Of a DNA stretch of 64,000 bases, positions 38,727-53,004 are shown piece after piece. The DNA comes from Pseudovirgaria hyperparasitica. Taxonomy: Eukaryota. How positions within the stretch are numbered: the first letter of the stretch is position 1; every line of letters begins with the position of its first letter. A program made the position numbers and the translations under genes. The stretch lies in the NCBI GenBank assembly GCA_010093815.1, contig ML996581.1. One strand, 5' to 3'. Below the pieces are notes generated by a model. The model saw only the letters and a list, made by a program, of their open reading frames with translations. It searched no databases and was not told where the DNA came from.

Positions 38727-41399
38727 TCAAGCCACGCCATCACCGCCTCGGCCAAACCGCCCAAACGTGCCCTCTCTGCGGAAGAACCTCCCGATATTCC
38801 TCAAGTTGTCATTTAGATTCGCACCGGGCCCACCGTCCGGGGGCGCTGGACTCGTACTCGACGATGCCGTACTCGAAGCGCCACCGCCAATTGTCGGCGT
38901 GCCGAATCTGTCCACGCCATCCCTAGCCGCGTTCATGATTGCACTTCCAAACGTGCTTGGATCGAAGCGGCCACCGGTCAAGTTCGGCGTCGTTAGCATA
39001 GGGCCGGCGCCCAAGGAAGATATGGTTGAGGAGCTGGAGGAGATCTGGAGAGGTGTGAGAAGAGGGGAGGACGCCGGGAGGTCTTTGTGGGAAGGCCCGG
39101 AACGGTGGGCGAGGAAGAGATCGACGAGGGATGCTTGGTCTTGTTTACGGATGCCCTTGAGGTCGAGGATTTTGCGGAAGTTGGTATCGGAGCGGTCGCC
39201 AATATGGATAAGATAGGCCTGAACGAGAGCCTCAGGGGGTAAAGGGCGGACTTGGAGGGTTTTGAGGAGAGGGTCTAGCTTAGCCATGGTTTGACTGACG
39301 CGTTTGACAAAACTAGAATTCACGTTAGTTGGCTGGAATGGCAAGGCTTGAGTAAATAAGTTGCTTACGTTTGTGGTGGTGTAGTACCGGGGTCTTCGTT
39401 GATGATGGGAATGTCAGTGAAGCCTTTTTTGAGCACATAGGAATCGAGTAGCATTTGTTCTGCGCCAACTTCAGAGATTGGTCGACATTGCACGATGTTG
39501 GTGACGTATGACGTGGCCATTGAGTCGATCAGATTGTCGCAAAATGCCCTAGAATATTGCGGTTTGTGAATCATTTTCAGAATTTCGGACGCGCGTTTCT
39601 TTACGTGCTTCAACAACTCCGCAACATAACTGCTTTGGTCTCCCACTTGCTCCAGCTTGGCCCAGGGGTAATTGCGCATCTCTCGCCAAGTCGGCTCACA
39701 GTCAAGCTCAACCTTGCGCACCAAAGCTCGTACCGCGGCACTTGCTATGCCTATGAAGGCATCTGCTTGGCTTTGGAGGTCAACTTTGTCCCGCAGGTCT
39801 TCATCGATACGAGCCTTGATCTTCTCTTCCAATTGATTGCATGTGATATAGCAGTAATCTGCAGTGTTTAGAATGAGGATGATATCTTCGATTGGAGGCG
39901 CATTTGGACCTGTTCGCTCCCCTAAAAAGTGGAATAGAACCTGCTGGCCATATTGGTCAAGATATTTTGCAAAAGTCTTTGATAACTCGTGCAGCCTATT
40001 TCCAGTGGACAACTTCGCGCATTGAGCAAGTGTGAGTCTATAAAAGTGGAACAGTTCGGTGGAAGAAGGGATCACAGCTTGTGATGAGAAATCCTCCTCC
40101 GGATTCCGAAGAGGCTCAGCGCGGTATCTCGGTATCAGAGTTGCCAGTTGCTTGTCTTGCGACTCGACCCAGAGACTCATGTACGGCTCAAATGCTTCGG
40201 AGATAGACTGGTTGAAACTTCGCGAACCCTCGTCTCTCGATCCCGCTGTGTCGATTGACATTCGAGAAATATCATTTGAGAAGCGTTTCTCAAGGCTGTG
40301 CTCGAAGTTTAGCGTCTCCTGGAGACAAGACAACAGCAGATTCACGTCAAGCGTCTGGCCATCCGTTCTGCGCATTTCTCGTTGGAGGATGCTTTTATAG
40401 TCATCACGTGTGCCTTCACAAAATGAGTTGGCAAGCATCTCATTTACCTTCCAGTGGGGTGGAAATATGGTCGAGTGCTCTACATCATACGTCTTCAGCA
40501 TGCGATTGAACCAAGAATATCGACGGGAAATATTGTCCAACGATCCGGCCTACAAATGATTAGATCCAGCGTATTAGCGCTCGTATGAATAGGCCGCCGT
40601 ACCTCGTCGTTGCCTCGGAAGACTTGCCGATATTCGCGCAGTTGAGTGTTACAATACCAGTTGACAAGCCTCACTTTTGCATGATCACCTAGGGCGTCCA
40701 TAACAAGACACGCCTCCGCAAGCATTCCTTTTTTTTGCGCAACTTCTCCTTTGGCAAAGGTCACTTCGAAGTCTTCACACACTTGCTCCAGCAGCTCGCT
40801 CTGTAGCTCTGCCACATTTCGACTCAGTGCGGCAATCTGATCAATGGACCGATAACTCTTGAAGTGTGCTACTAACTGTATAACTGCTTGTAACAACTGC
40901 CCGCATTCTTTGTACTGTCTTGTTTTGCTCAGGCCTCGCAATTGCTCGTAAGCTGTTGTCAACATTTGCAGTCGTTTCAGCGCGGTCATTGACAGCGTGA
41001 GATTTCGTTTCGTACTATCCAGTCTCTTTATATCAGCCGTCATTTCGGTGATAGTCTGCTCAGTCTGGAAGGCGCGCGCCTTCACCCCTTCAATTTTCTT
41101 GAATAGATCTGCCAGCTCAGCCTTGGCTGTCTGTATTCTCTGAACACTGTCGGCATCAGAGGCAGTCTGGGCAGCAACAGCCTCTGCAATATTCTCGTCG
41201 ATGTCATCCTGATAGTATCTCAAGGCTTGCGAAGTGTCGGAGACAGAGCTGAGCGCTGCAGGGTGTGAGAAGATAGCGTTCAAGTGGTCTATCGGGCTAT
41301 AGTCATCTTTGAAAATTAGCCTATGATTACATGTATGTCCATTAGGGAGGAGGGGGTTCAATTACCAGCATCTAGAGATGTAGAAGTTGAAGCAGGCAT
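38727..41399 (-). CDS. VPS53: GARP complex subunit Vps53
   Basis: Start MPASTSTSLDA; ITEMTADIKRLDSTKRNLTLSMTALKRLQML, LDNISRRYSW and GAEQMLLD; three introns. Confidence 0.95.
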
Positions 41400-42488
41400 A
41401 GAGCAAGCCTAGGTCGATCATATATGCATTGATCGTGGAGTTGGCCCAGAAGATGGCGGAGGGAGCACGCGCGCTTCCGTAGTGAGTTGGAATCGGGAAA
41501 GGTGTGAGCGAGGTTCGTGCTCGGAAGACAGCTGTAGGATGATTCGGCAACTGGACTATGATTCGGTGGATAGTGGCGAAAGTACCTCAAGCGACTGAAT
41601 TGCAGGACCGAATAATTGAGTGCGATGCTTCATAGTGCTACGCTCCATGCACTTTGAAAGCACCACGTCGCGAATCGCGAGACATGGCTTAAGCTCAGGC
41701 CCACGTGCAGAACCAGGGTTGTGATTGGCTAGTGTACCTGTCGATGGTCAGCCCTATGGATGGTCCATGTACTGCAAAAGGCCTTATCCATAAGGTATAT
41801 ACTGCCATGCTCGCTCTACAGAACTCGTTAGACCTTGGTTGATGCATATATCTTTAATTATAATTTGTGGATTCGTTCGGATGAGACTCCACATCTACAA
41901 CTGCATGGTCCGTCTACGACTTGAATTACTTGATTACCCCAGCATCACTCCACTACGCATTCACATCTTCCGCACGACCAAGTGGCCCATATTACCTTAT
42001 GAAAAATCTTTAATTTTGACATTAATCAGGCCTTGATCAAGGTTCATAGTATAACAACCATTTGGGAAACTGTTCAGATCGATATTATTGGCATCTATCG
42101 TGTCGAACTCTACCCCTGGTCCGGTACAACTAACAGTTCTGTCAGACAGAATGCACTAACTAAGGCCATTTGGCCAGTCCAAGCGTGCGTAAAACATTGT
42201 CTAGATTATTTGCTGAACATGTCTTAGTCGCTTACATCCTTTTGCCAATTGCAATGGACTGTGGAATGAGGCTGAAGAGCCGCTATGCTGTATAGCGTAG
42301 GCTGGTGATAGATCAGCATGGAATGACCAATATCAGAGCCATTCATGCAATTCTTGTTTGGACTGGCAAGGCACGGTTGTTGTACATGGAACCGAGACCT
42401 TCTGTCTTTCTTGGTTACTGAACATGATTGCATTGCTCTTGCAAGTGTTTCACGGCCATAGCCAGCCTTGGTTTTCTTTGTCGACGTT

Positions 42489-43721
42489 CTAAAACCCATG
42501 TAGACTCATGTAACCGGTACGCACCAAGCTTTTATCTCCCTGTGCATCCCCCGTCCCTGCCCAGTAGAAAAGGCCTGCTAGCCGGTTGTTACGTGCATAG
42601 ATTGCCTTCTTCTCGACAGTGATTTGATTGTCGTAGGTGACGAACTCGCCATTCGTACCAATACAATATGCTGCTACGGCATTCTCGTCAACATACTCCT
42701 GAGCGCCTGGTCGAGGTAGGTCGCGATAGTCATAAACGCCTAGTTCACCTCCTTGACCATTGTAAGAGTGGCCGACCCCGTGCGTGCGCAAGAATGATCT
42801 TCCATAAAGAGGTATGCCTAGCGTAATCTTGTGAAACGGAACATTGCGCACAGCAAGCAATGAGGCAGCATAGTTTACCGAGAGAGTGGCGGCAAGAGAG
42901 TGAGGTTCTTCAGGAGTATATAGTTGAGCATGATGGCCTGTCTTGTTCAGCCAAGGACCTGAAAAGTCGTATGTCATGAGGTTGACGTAGTTGAGGTACG
43001 ATGCTGCGCGTGATAGGTCGATGTTCTTCAGCGCCCATTCGTTGGATGGGAGCGCCGCAGTGACCTCGAAGCGTTCTAGAGGCAAGTAACCCCGGAGTGT
43101 GGCTAATAGTTGAACATAGTTCTCTCCTTCTTCTTCGTCTTGCGGACACTCCCAGTTAATGTCCACTCCATCGAGGTCATATTTCAGTACAATTTCTTTG
43201 ACTGTAATCGCAAATCGCTTACGTGTCTCGACCGTTCGGGCGGCGGCGGCGAAGTGTTCACTCCCTTCGCCTCCGCCACCTAATGAGAGGAGGACTTTGG
43301 GCATACGACGTGTTGCATGTCGCAGTGCAGTACAGGCATTAAGACAGCCTAAGTGACCATCGACGATCATATCAGCATCAGCCCATTGATCGCTCAGCTA
43401 CATACGTCAGTCGAGGTAGTAGTGACGAAGATGCTTCAAGGACTCACGTTCACAGTGCCGTTCGCATGCACCCTTTGATTTTTGCCGTTAGCGAATTAGG
43501 TTCTTGAGTGGATATTATGGTTGGAAGTGGACCTACCAAGCGAAAGCGTAAATTATATGAGTTATACAGGCTACATTCAACAAAGACGGCCTCTGACCTT
43601 TGTATATCTTCCAACTGGGATAGTACACGGCGTTTACAAACATGTCGACAACTGGAGGCATCGGCCAGCGTTGTCCACGAAATCCAGGCTCCGAAGAGCT
43701 CGCAGCGGAAGAGCTTGACAT
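42489..43721 (-). CDS. GH18 chitinase-like protein, no evident signal peptide
   Basis: NAVYYPSW, HIIYAFAW, LSLGG, DGVDINWE, MTYDF and GLFYW; two 5' introns; start at 43721 or 43643. Confidence 0.9.
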
Positions 43722-45831
43722 AACTGAGGTGCCAAAGGAGATATTGTTTGTTATCCAGAGAAGATTGCGGAACGTAACAATCCTAGGTCGTGAAGGAGAT
43801 GTATATACTAGAAGTCTGGATTGACGATATCAGATACTTCTGACCCGTGAGTGTCAGGTCGAAGATGTGAGACAGACAAAGGAGAACTGCAAACAGGTAA
43901 GGTCAGCAGAGAGCATATGAAAAGATAGAGTTGTCCAGGCAAGATTGGACTAGCACCTGAAGGTTTCTGGATGCGGTGGTGATGGCTAGTTGCTTGAATG
44001 AATATCGTCCAAGGGTAAATGTGACACTCGAAACAGAAGATGACGATGATTTTTCGAGCCGCTCTAGACATGTTTCTCGCCAACGACTAGCGTCGTCTAA
44101 GTGAGTGACTGATGTACCATGTTGTAGTCCCATCACTCGAACCACACGGCTCGCAGGGTACGCCATAGGGCTTCCAATGGGGTAACCTCAAGTTGCTGAA
44201 CTGGGAATGCACGCGAGGAGATTTCCACAGGTGCTCCCGCCCTCCCGAGCCATTCCAGACTGTACCTAACCATTCCGATGGGATGGTATTACAGCGGATC
44301 GACTGGAATAGGTGCCGACTGATCGGCACTCTTGATGCGGCGCATGGTCTGCCCCGTTGTTTGCTATCTGTCATAGATGTAAGGCAGACAAGCCAAGGTC
44401 TCTGGATTGGATCGTTGTTAGGAGGCGTACTGCTGCCAAGGAGTTACTCGCAGTAGACCACAGCAAGGCTGGCATCAATGTGGATCCTGGCATATACAAA
44501 CTGCCATACCATACCAGGATTGCAATCAGCAGCCCAATATGGAGCTCTATCCGCAAAGCATGCTGGTAGCTGCACGGGCGCCGCACGGAAGTGATAGCTC
44601 ACTGGTGACCAGGGGCCATAAGAAGCCCAAAGACCTACGACGAAATGAATGCTTCGGTACGAAGTAGTGTCAAAGAAGACTGGCACGCGCCACTGACTTG
44701 GGGGGCGCTGACATAAAGGGACATGGATGGGGTCCGGGCTGGATCGGAATGCATGCTTCATTCTTCTTACAATGCCAACTAAAGTCAACAGTAAGCGCCA
44801 CGACTGAACGCTTTCAATACGGTACTGAAGAGAGGTCTGGCGGTCTACGATAGGACCAGGCTGCTGCAAGTAGTAATATGTGAGGACACGGGACAGCCAG
44901 TACCAGGTCAAGTGAGAAGACGCTTCGCTAGCTGGAGAAATGGCGTTGGAATACGAATATGGGGGAGGGGGGGGAGGGGGTCGAAATGAGGAGCTATATG
45001 TTTTAATTATCAACACGAGCCTAAGTTAGAGGAAAGCAGACAAGAAGGGAATAAGATGGTACAAGAGGATTGACGGATACTCTCTAGACAATCTGATCAG
45101 CTATCGCGCACCAAATTGCAGATAGTCAATCGAAGTGAGTATGTAGCTGATCAGACATAAGGTAGCTGTCAAGACGAAGGTGACGACGAGTTATTCAACG
45201 TCATTTGTCTCCCAAAGGTTTGTTGTTGACATGTTCTCCTTAGCCTTATTTAGCAAAGACGGGTGGTGCCAGCCCGAGCCCGACCGAGCCTTCAAAGCCT
45301 GAGACGGGGACCGATAGCGGAACGCACGGACGTCCAGCCGCCGAGACTAATTGAGGGTGACTACGCGACAGGAGTACGTATTTTATAGACTGGATCGGGG
45401 AAGAATCAGTACTACACTCGGACCGCCACCTGGTATTGGCTTCTTACGTCCAAAGTGCAATAGCTGTATTCACTATCACTACTGTCGCAAATCACACTGA
45501 CATCCGTCTACCATCGGCCTCTTCCCAGCAGCAACACTTGGTCATGCGCCCATAAATCATAGTAGCGATACTCTACCTCCCCGCTGCCCTCCTTTGCGTC
45601 ATCGCGAATCCTCCTTAGCTACTACCAACCTATCGTATCCTCACCTCCTCCACCTCAGCACGGCTGTTGTGAACCTTCCACCAGATCCTGTTAGATCCTG
45701 TGATAGCTCGATCTGAGACCACTCCTACGTATCGACCCGCTTGTCCTAGTTCTTCCGCTTTGCACGATATCACGTCTCGAGGATACAACACGTTTGTCCA
45801 ATCTGGTGTAGGTCCAGCTGAGCAAGTAGAC

Positions 45832-46669
45832 ATGGCGGCTGAAGTCGCCCCAGGCCGACTTGTGGCTCAACAGATCCTTCATCACACTGCCACGCCTTCG
45901 TTTGACTTTACGTTCAATGACTTTCTCAAACGTGAATTCCGATTTGGTCTCGATCCTAACCGACCAGTCTGCAAGGCGCAGCAACAGGGCTATTGCCCAC
46001 TAGGGAAAGACTGCCCAGATAAGCATCAGACGTCGTCTTCTTACAACAAGTAAGTGGCAAAATGCGGCCATGGGCAAACATTACTCCGTTTCAGCAACTA
46101 ACAGTGGCTTTGGCTGTAGTCTTGTTTGTAAACATTGGCTTCGAGGTCTTTGCAAGAAAGGAGATGCATGCGAGTTTCTTCACGAATACAATCTGCGTCG
46201 CATGCCCGAATGCTCATACTACTCTCGAACGGGGACATGCTCTAACGGAGAAGACTGTCTATATCTACACATCGATCCTGACTCTAAGCGGCCGACATGT
46301 CCACATTACGAGCGAGGGTTCTGTCCGTTGGGGCCGTATTGCGCAAACAAACACATAAAAAAAGCCAACATTTGTCCATTCTATATGGCTGGCTTCTGCC
46401 CAGACGGGAGGTCGTGTAAGAATGGGGCGCACCCAAGATTTCCACTTGATCTCAAAAAACCCGAAGTACGTATCGAGAAGTCCAAGGAAGAGATAGAGAG
46501 AGAACGAATGGAAAGAGAGCTGGAGCGAGAAAAAGAGGAAGAGCGAGAACGAGAAAGAGAGGAGAAGAACCCAGGGAGTACAGAGCGTGGAGGCGGAAAA
46601 TTCAGAGGTCGCTGGCGAGGCGGGAGGAAGGGGAGGGGAGGAAGAGGAAATCGAGGAGGCGGGTATTGA
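45832..46669 (+). CDS. YTH1: CPSF30 / mRNA 3'-end processing factor
   Basis: [31 protein letters not shown]; five CCCH fingers; one intron starting at 46050. Confidence 0.96.
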
Positions 46670-48040
46670 GCCTCTTGCGGCAAAGGCATGTTGACCACTT
46701 GGGTGGAACATGTGGTATTGCGATGCTTGGCAAGCTTGGATGGAGAGTGAAAAAGCTGGCCTGACCATCTCTGCACTCCTGTGCTCGTCTCCACACCCCT
46801 CGTTCAACAACGAGTGATTGCAGCCGCCCACGGAATCCTGATATTGGCTTCCATGGTCACCTGCTGACAACCACTGTCAGCAAGTGGCTTTAATCGGTTG
46901 AATAGTCCGCACATCATCGCAAACCCCCAAAAGTAGACTTGTATTTCTAGCATGCAGTTTTCCCACGAATGGGAAGCGTTTATGATACCCTCAACGGTTG
47001 GATGAGTATCTAACTCTGATCTTGGCGGGCTCCGATCTTAGACCCTGAAAATATAGCCTATTTGGAGTTGCCATCGATCTCAGCTAGTCAACGGCTTCAG
47101 CCCAATAGCTATACCCCCAAACGTAAATCAGACAACGCCCAAGTCAGCCACACAGACGGCAGAGGCGATGGACGCCACCAAACCAAGCTCATATGCTCTT
47201 ATATTATACCTGAAAAGCGCAGTGCGCAGGATTCCGAATTGCTAGTGAGGCTAGACAGAGTTCGTGATAGACATCATCAAGATCGCCCAAGACGATACTT
47301 CAAGGGTCCATCCAGGAGCAGCCCGGACCTTGCAACGACGATCTTGAACGGCCCTACCCGCTCCACTGCCGGACAAGCATGTATCCGAGCCAGTCCCCAG
47401 GTACTGGCACATGAAACCCCGACCGTCGGTAACACAGGGCTGAAATTTCTAGGATTTTAGGTGACCTGGGGTTGGGCAGAATTTTTTCATGATTCGTCTA
47501 GTCAAGAATGGTGAATCGGGAGTGTAGGCGCCCAAAGACCTTCCCGCCAACGTGGAGATCGCTGCTATCTCCGATCTATGGATCGCCGCTATCCATTTCG
47601 TGCAGCATCCGTGCGTCACTCAAGATCATAGAACTACTGCTCTGTAAATGACAGACGGCCATACGTAATCGAGCATCTGATCTAAACGAGTGAGCGTGGG
47701 ATGCATGTGGGATCAAGTGCGAATGATCCCCCCCCTCTCCTTTCTTTCCCACGGCCGAGGAGGGCCCTGAGATCTCTCTTTTCAACATCGTTCATCGACT
47801 ATCACCGCGCCACACTGTCATGCACATGCTGTGAATTTACCTCTTCGGGTCAAGCGACACGACGCATTGCTCGCGGGGAAAGGCGACCGATGCCGTTCCT
47901 GCATCCTCCTCCGCGGAGACATAAGCCGTCCTGGAACCCTGATCCCGCTCGCTCGTGCCAATGTGGCGTTACGATCTAGATAGAGCCTCGAGATCTCATC
48001 TGGTCCGATCCATTCGGGCCGCAACGAGGTGGTCAGTGTG

Positions 48041-48068
48041 TATGTATGTATGTATGTATGTATGTATG
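48041..48068. repeat. (TATG)7 microsatellite
   Basis: Read directly from the sequence. Confidence 0.95.
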
Positions 48069-48566
48069 CACGTGCGTGATACGGCGCGAGATGCAGCGAG
48101 ATGCCGTCTGCATGGCTCAGCGTCATGCGAGATTAGGTTTCCACCATCTGTGATGGCTCCCTGGATGTGTGGGGCGTTGGGCATGTAATTCGCTGCTACT
48201 GGGAGATGTATGCAGGTCTGAACGCCCTGGGGCTGTGGTGTGCGATGTTACTGATTCATGTGGTGGAGAATCACGGAGTGGGATTGACATGATGGAGGTG
48301 ATTGGGAAGGCAAAGCAGGGACATACGTGGGCGTGGTGCTGGAGGATGCTATCAATAGTATCTAGTGTGAGGATTCGAGCTCCTGGGTCCACAATGTGAT
48401 GTGAAGCAAGGTCTGAATCGAAGGGTTCAAGCAAGAGGCGTAGATCTGGAGCATAGGCACTATCATTTATCGTATTCGTACCAAGGATGCCAATACATGG
48501 TTCTGGTTCCCACCATTTCATGACAGTACTCTGTTCCCCCTGGGGTATATCAACGCCATCTACACC

Positions 48567-49933
48567 CTATGATTGAGCCTTCATAAGCCCGCATGCAGAA
48601 CATGTCCACCATTGAGTATCCATAAACGAGCCACATCGATCACAGTTCCAGCCCAGGGGTTTACTGCTAGCGGCCTGCCGCACTAGGGATTCATAATCGG
48701 AGGCTGATGGCATGGCCGCTTGCCTGTGTATCTGGTCTGATATGTTGACGGGTCTCTCCACGCCACAGGCATCGCAGCACAGAAAGTTGCTGGGGTTTAC
48801 GAGCGTGCATACTTCGCATGCCCAGCTGGCGATCGGTGTGCTTGTGCCTACATTAGGTGAACTGTAGTTTGATGGCGTGAAATGTGTAGACTGGAACGAG
48901 GATTGACGAGATGAGCTGGGCCGGGGGCCTTGACGATTGTTGTCGCCGACTACCAGTCGACTCAGGGGTCTGTCATCTCGTACTCGTACAGAGTCCTGTC
49001 TTGACAGCACCGCCTGCGGTGGAGGGGGGTATGATGTCGAAGAATCCCCAAATGATAGTCCCCCCTCCTTCGTCCAGCCCAGACCCCCTTCTGTACCTGG
49101 CGCCATAAGTCGGTGAAGCTTCTCTTCCTCCTCCATTTCCATCAGCTCGATCAAAGCGTTCGAGATAGCTAGGTCATTTGCATCGTCCTCCTCTGCTTTC
49201 GTTCGGAACCCAGCTGTGCGTGACTGCTCGGTGGCTTGTTTCTGCACCTCTGCGCTGCCAGCACCGCAGCCATTCGTCATCTTGTTTCTGCGAAGCGCCG
49301 CATCCGCAATCACTTGTCGCATGTCGTTTCCACGCACACCCGTGCTGCCGCCAAGGCGCTGTCCGGAGTGCCCGGAGCCTTTGGAGCGGTTGATGCGTTT
49401 GACGGCCGCCTCTCTCGCGCGTCGGCGCAGCTCGTCCAGAGGTACTCGCTTCCCACCGAGTACTTTGCCCTCTGAGAGGAAATACTCTCCTGTATATCCC
49501 TTCAGGAGGAGAGCCTGATGCTCGTCTCTGAGTTCATCCCACAGTCTCTGGAAATTGTGATCGTGAGGACCCCACACGATATGAGACAGCCTGGAATAAT
49601 CTTGAGCATCTACGTGTGTGAGATGCTTTGGACTAAGAAGCAGACTTACTCGTGAAGCAGCGTATCCACAATGACTTCCAAGACCAGAAAGGCATCTCTC
49701 CTATGCCCTGAGCGAAGTCTGAGGAATATTCGCTGCGTCTTGTTGATATTCAGGCCTTGAAGATGTGGGTCGTCGGGATAGAATTCGGCCAGTGTACCTA
49801 TCTTCCAGCCGCGCTTACGCATGATAGGCTTGACGAGAGAGGCCGCCCTGCGGAGAAGGTGTAGGGCCTCATCTTCGCGTGGGAATCCTTGTAGATGCTC
49901 ATAGGCATCAAAATGGGCGTCTATCTCCCTCAT
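48567..49933 (-). CDS. WSS1: WLM-domain DNA-protein crosslink metalloprotease with RanBP2-type zinc fingers
   Basis: VKPIMRKRGWKIGTLAEFYP; HELSH formed across intron 49649-49591; SHP-like GxxLGG boxes; WACEVCTLVN finger. Confidence 0.92.
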
Positions 49934-50779
49934 AACGAGCCTGATAGTGTCCTGGGGTCGTGTCGATGTGTTAATTTGTTATTTCAGGGTCCGCTACTGG
50001 AAACTAGTTGGGGGGAGGGACGACAGCGGATCTCGTCCTTTTTGATATGAGGCTAGTCAACGTCACGGCCCGGGTGTTCAACTCCGCGCTACGAGCCAAA
50101 CAGAGATACCCAGAACTGTGAATAGAGCTTTTGTTAAGGCTGGCACGTGCAACGTGTTGTGGATGCGCGAAGATGCCAGATACGTCTCCGGCTGACAGAT
50201 CAGTGCTGGGCCCGAGAAAATACCTGAGGTGAGCAAACTCCTCGTGCATGTGACTGTACTTGTCTCCTTAGAGCGCGACAGTAATTCTCAACGCTGAGGT
50301 GGACGACGATTAAGCATATAAGATGGTTCGAGACGCATATGCAGTGGCGGTATTAGTGGAAGCCTGAAGACGCATGACGCGTCGTGTACATGATCGCCCG
50401 AGGGAGTCGTAAGTGCCGGAGCGTTTGAAGTACTATCGAAGTCTTGGGCTCTTCATTATAGCAGAAGAGGGGTCGGAGCAGACAGGCGAAAGAAACAAAG
50501 AAAGACGTATGAAAGAAGGCTGTCAGACTGCGAAATCCGTATTGGCCTGAGGCTTCCTACATTATGCGTAGATGTGGCATTGCGGCTGAGAAACTATCAT
50601 GCACAGAAATAAGGCTGGCGCTAAAATCTATTTTGGTTTGGTGTCGGCAAATGACCCACTATTATTTCTTTGACCGGGGCTAGCACAGACACCACAAATT
50701 CGTCTGGCAGAATGAATATCCACGCGTAATTTGTGTCCAGCTTCATATATTTTTGTATCTTCCAATCCTCATCAATAAC

Positions 50780-52900
50780 ATGAAGCGTAAAACTGAGATT
50801 GACCATGCCGTCAATGGCGCCGCGCCGTCGAAGAAGCGAGCCATATCAGATTCTGAAGCTCATAAGCACTTCCGCACTGGATTGTTCGAAGCCGATACCT
50901 TGAACATATATCAATCCGCCTATGTCAATTCGCAACCGTACGTAGGCGTTATCAGGTCGCATACCCCTGTAGACTGACAAACTGCATTCAGATACAAACA
51001 TGGCGTCATATCAGACCTTATCAGCACTGACCTGCTCCGCGACGTTCGACAAGAGATTCGCAACAACATCTCCTTCACACCCAAGGAGACAGACATATAC
51101 AGAATCCACCAGTCGGGAGACCTGGCGAACCTCGACGGTCTCGATGACTCCTCACTGAAGCTGTTGCCGTCACTTCTGACCCTCCGCGATGCGATGTACT
51201 CGTCAGCCTTCCGCAAATACATAGCTTCGGTTACAGGCTCTGGGCCATTGAGCGGCGTGAAGACGGACATGGCTGTCAACATATACACACCAGGATGTCA
51301 CCTCCTATGCCACGACGATGTCATTGGAAGTCGTCGCGTCAGCTATATCCTGTACTTGTTGGACCCCGACCGGCCGTGGAAGCCAGAATGGGGTGGTGCG
51401 TTGCGTCTATACCCCACCGAATTATGCCGGAGCGAAGACGGCACGGAAATGAAAGTTCCCACAGCGGACTTCACTGTGTCGATACCACCTGCGTTCAATC
51501 AATTGTCGTTCTTCACAGTTCAGCCTGGCGAGAGTTTCCATGATGTGGAAGAGGTATACCATAAACCAGAGGGCTTAAATGAAGATGACGGAGGCCGGGT
51601 GCGCATGGCCATTAGCGGATGGTTTCACATACCACAGCAAGGGGAAGAAGGCTATGAAGAGGGGCTAGAAGAGAAGCTTGCTGAACGCAGTTCGCTTCAA
51701 CAACTCCAGGGGAAGTCGGACAAGTTTGACTTGCCGCAACCGGCATGGAAAGAGTCGGAGAAAAAAAGTGATAGCACCGGTGCCGATGATGACTGGACCG
51801 AGGACGAATTGACATTCCTCCTCAGATTCATGAATCCAAATTACCTCGTTCCAGACGTTGTAGACCAGCTCAAGGACAAGTTTGAGGAAGACGCCTCTCT
51901 CCGTCTCGTGGCTGTCTTATCACCCAAGTTTGCTGTAGCGATACGCGATCAAATAGAAGCTATCGATGGGACAGACCAGGATTTGCCTGCGAGTTCTACA
52001 GACGCTGCAGCGGCTGGAGTCGCTCGACCACCATACAAGAAGCGCTTCCAGTACAGGAGACCGAGTAAGCCAAACACCAGTGAGCCGACAGCATACGACG
52101 AGCTCATCGACACATTCTTCCCGTCGCCTGAGTTCAAGAAATGGCTCTCTATGGCGACTGGTCTGCCCCTGAACAAAGCAAATATCCTGGCGCGTCGTTT
52201 CCGCCGAGGTAAAGACTACTCTCTTGCAACGTCGTATGACGAAGAAGATCCGCAGTTGGAGGTATGTCTTGGCATTACACCTTCCACAGGGTGGGCTGGT
52301 GAAGACGAGGACGACGAGGAGGATGAGGATGAGGATGAGATACCACCTCGCAACAAGGAAAACGGTAGCTCATCCAAGCCTAACGGCGCGGAGAAGAAGG
52401 CAAATGATGAGATGAAAGAGTCTATCGGTGGCTACGAGCTCTACATGGCAGCCGAGGACGACCCAGACGACGCTGGATCTGACGATGGAGTCGAGATACC
52501 AAACGGCGGGCCGAAAAGTTCGAGTCACACAGGGGCTGGTAATCGGCGGAAGGCTGATCCAGCAGTCTATCGCAGTAGTGGCGCGGACGAGGATGATGGG
52601 ATTCTGTTCAGTAGTTGGGCCGGGTGGAATACCATGAGTCTTGTGCTGCGCGACAGGGGCGTGTTGCGATTCGTCAAGTACGTCAGCAAAGCGGCAAAGG
52701 GCGATCGATGGGACGTGCTTGGGGAATGGGGAGTGGATGAGGAGGAGGAAGAGGTCGAGGCGGAAGATGGGGATGTCGACGGCGGGTCAGACGGCGTACA
52801 AGAAGGGGAGGACGAGGAAGGTGAAGATGAAGACGGAGATGAGGATGATGATAATGATGACGGCGCTGACTCTGAAGAAGACGAGAGCGACGACGATTGA
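50780..52900 (+). CDS. TPA1: Prolyl 3,4-dihydroxylase (Tpa1/Ofd1/OGFOD1)
   Basis: Intron 50938-50991; KETDIYRIHQSGDLANL, HLLCHDDVIGSRR, SFHDVEEV and LRFVKYVS; acidic tail. Confidence 0.96.
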
Positions 52901-53004
52901 ATAGCCATCTCTTTACCATATACCAAGAATCTCCCTACACCAACCTCATACCCATCCTGTGCAAAAAACCCCTTAATCCCCCCTTTTCCCTCTCCCTCTC
53001 TCCC

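Noticed and set aside
44444..45016. 190-aa ORF upstream of the chitinase
   Set aside because: Non-ATG start, no recognisable domain; more likely leader or promoter sequence.
50377..50382. MCB element ACGCGT upstream of WSS1
   Set aside because: A single hexamer that also occurs elsewhere in the window; not distinguishable from chance.
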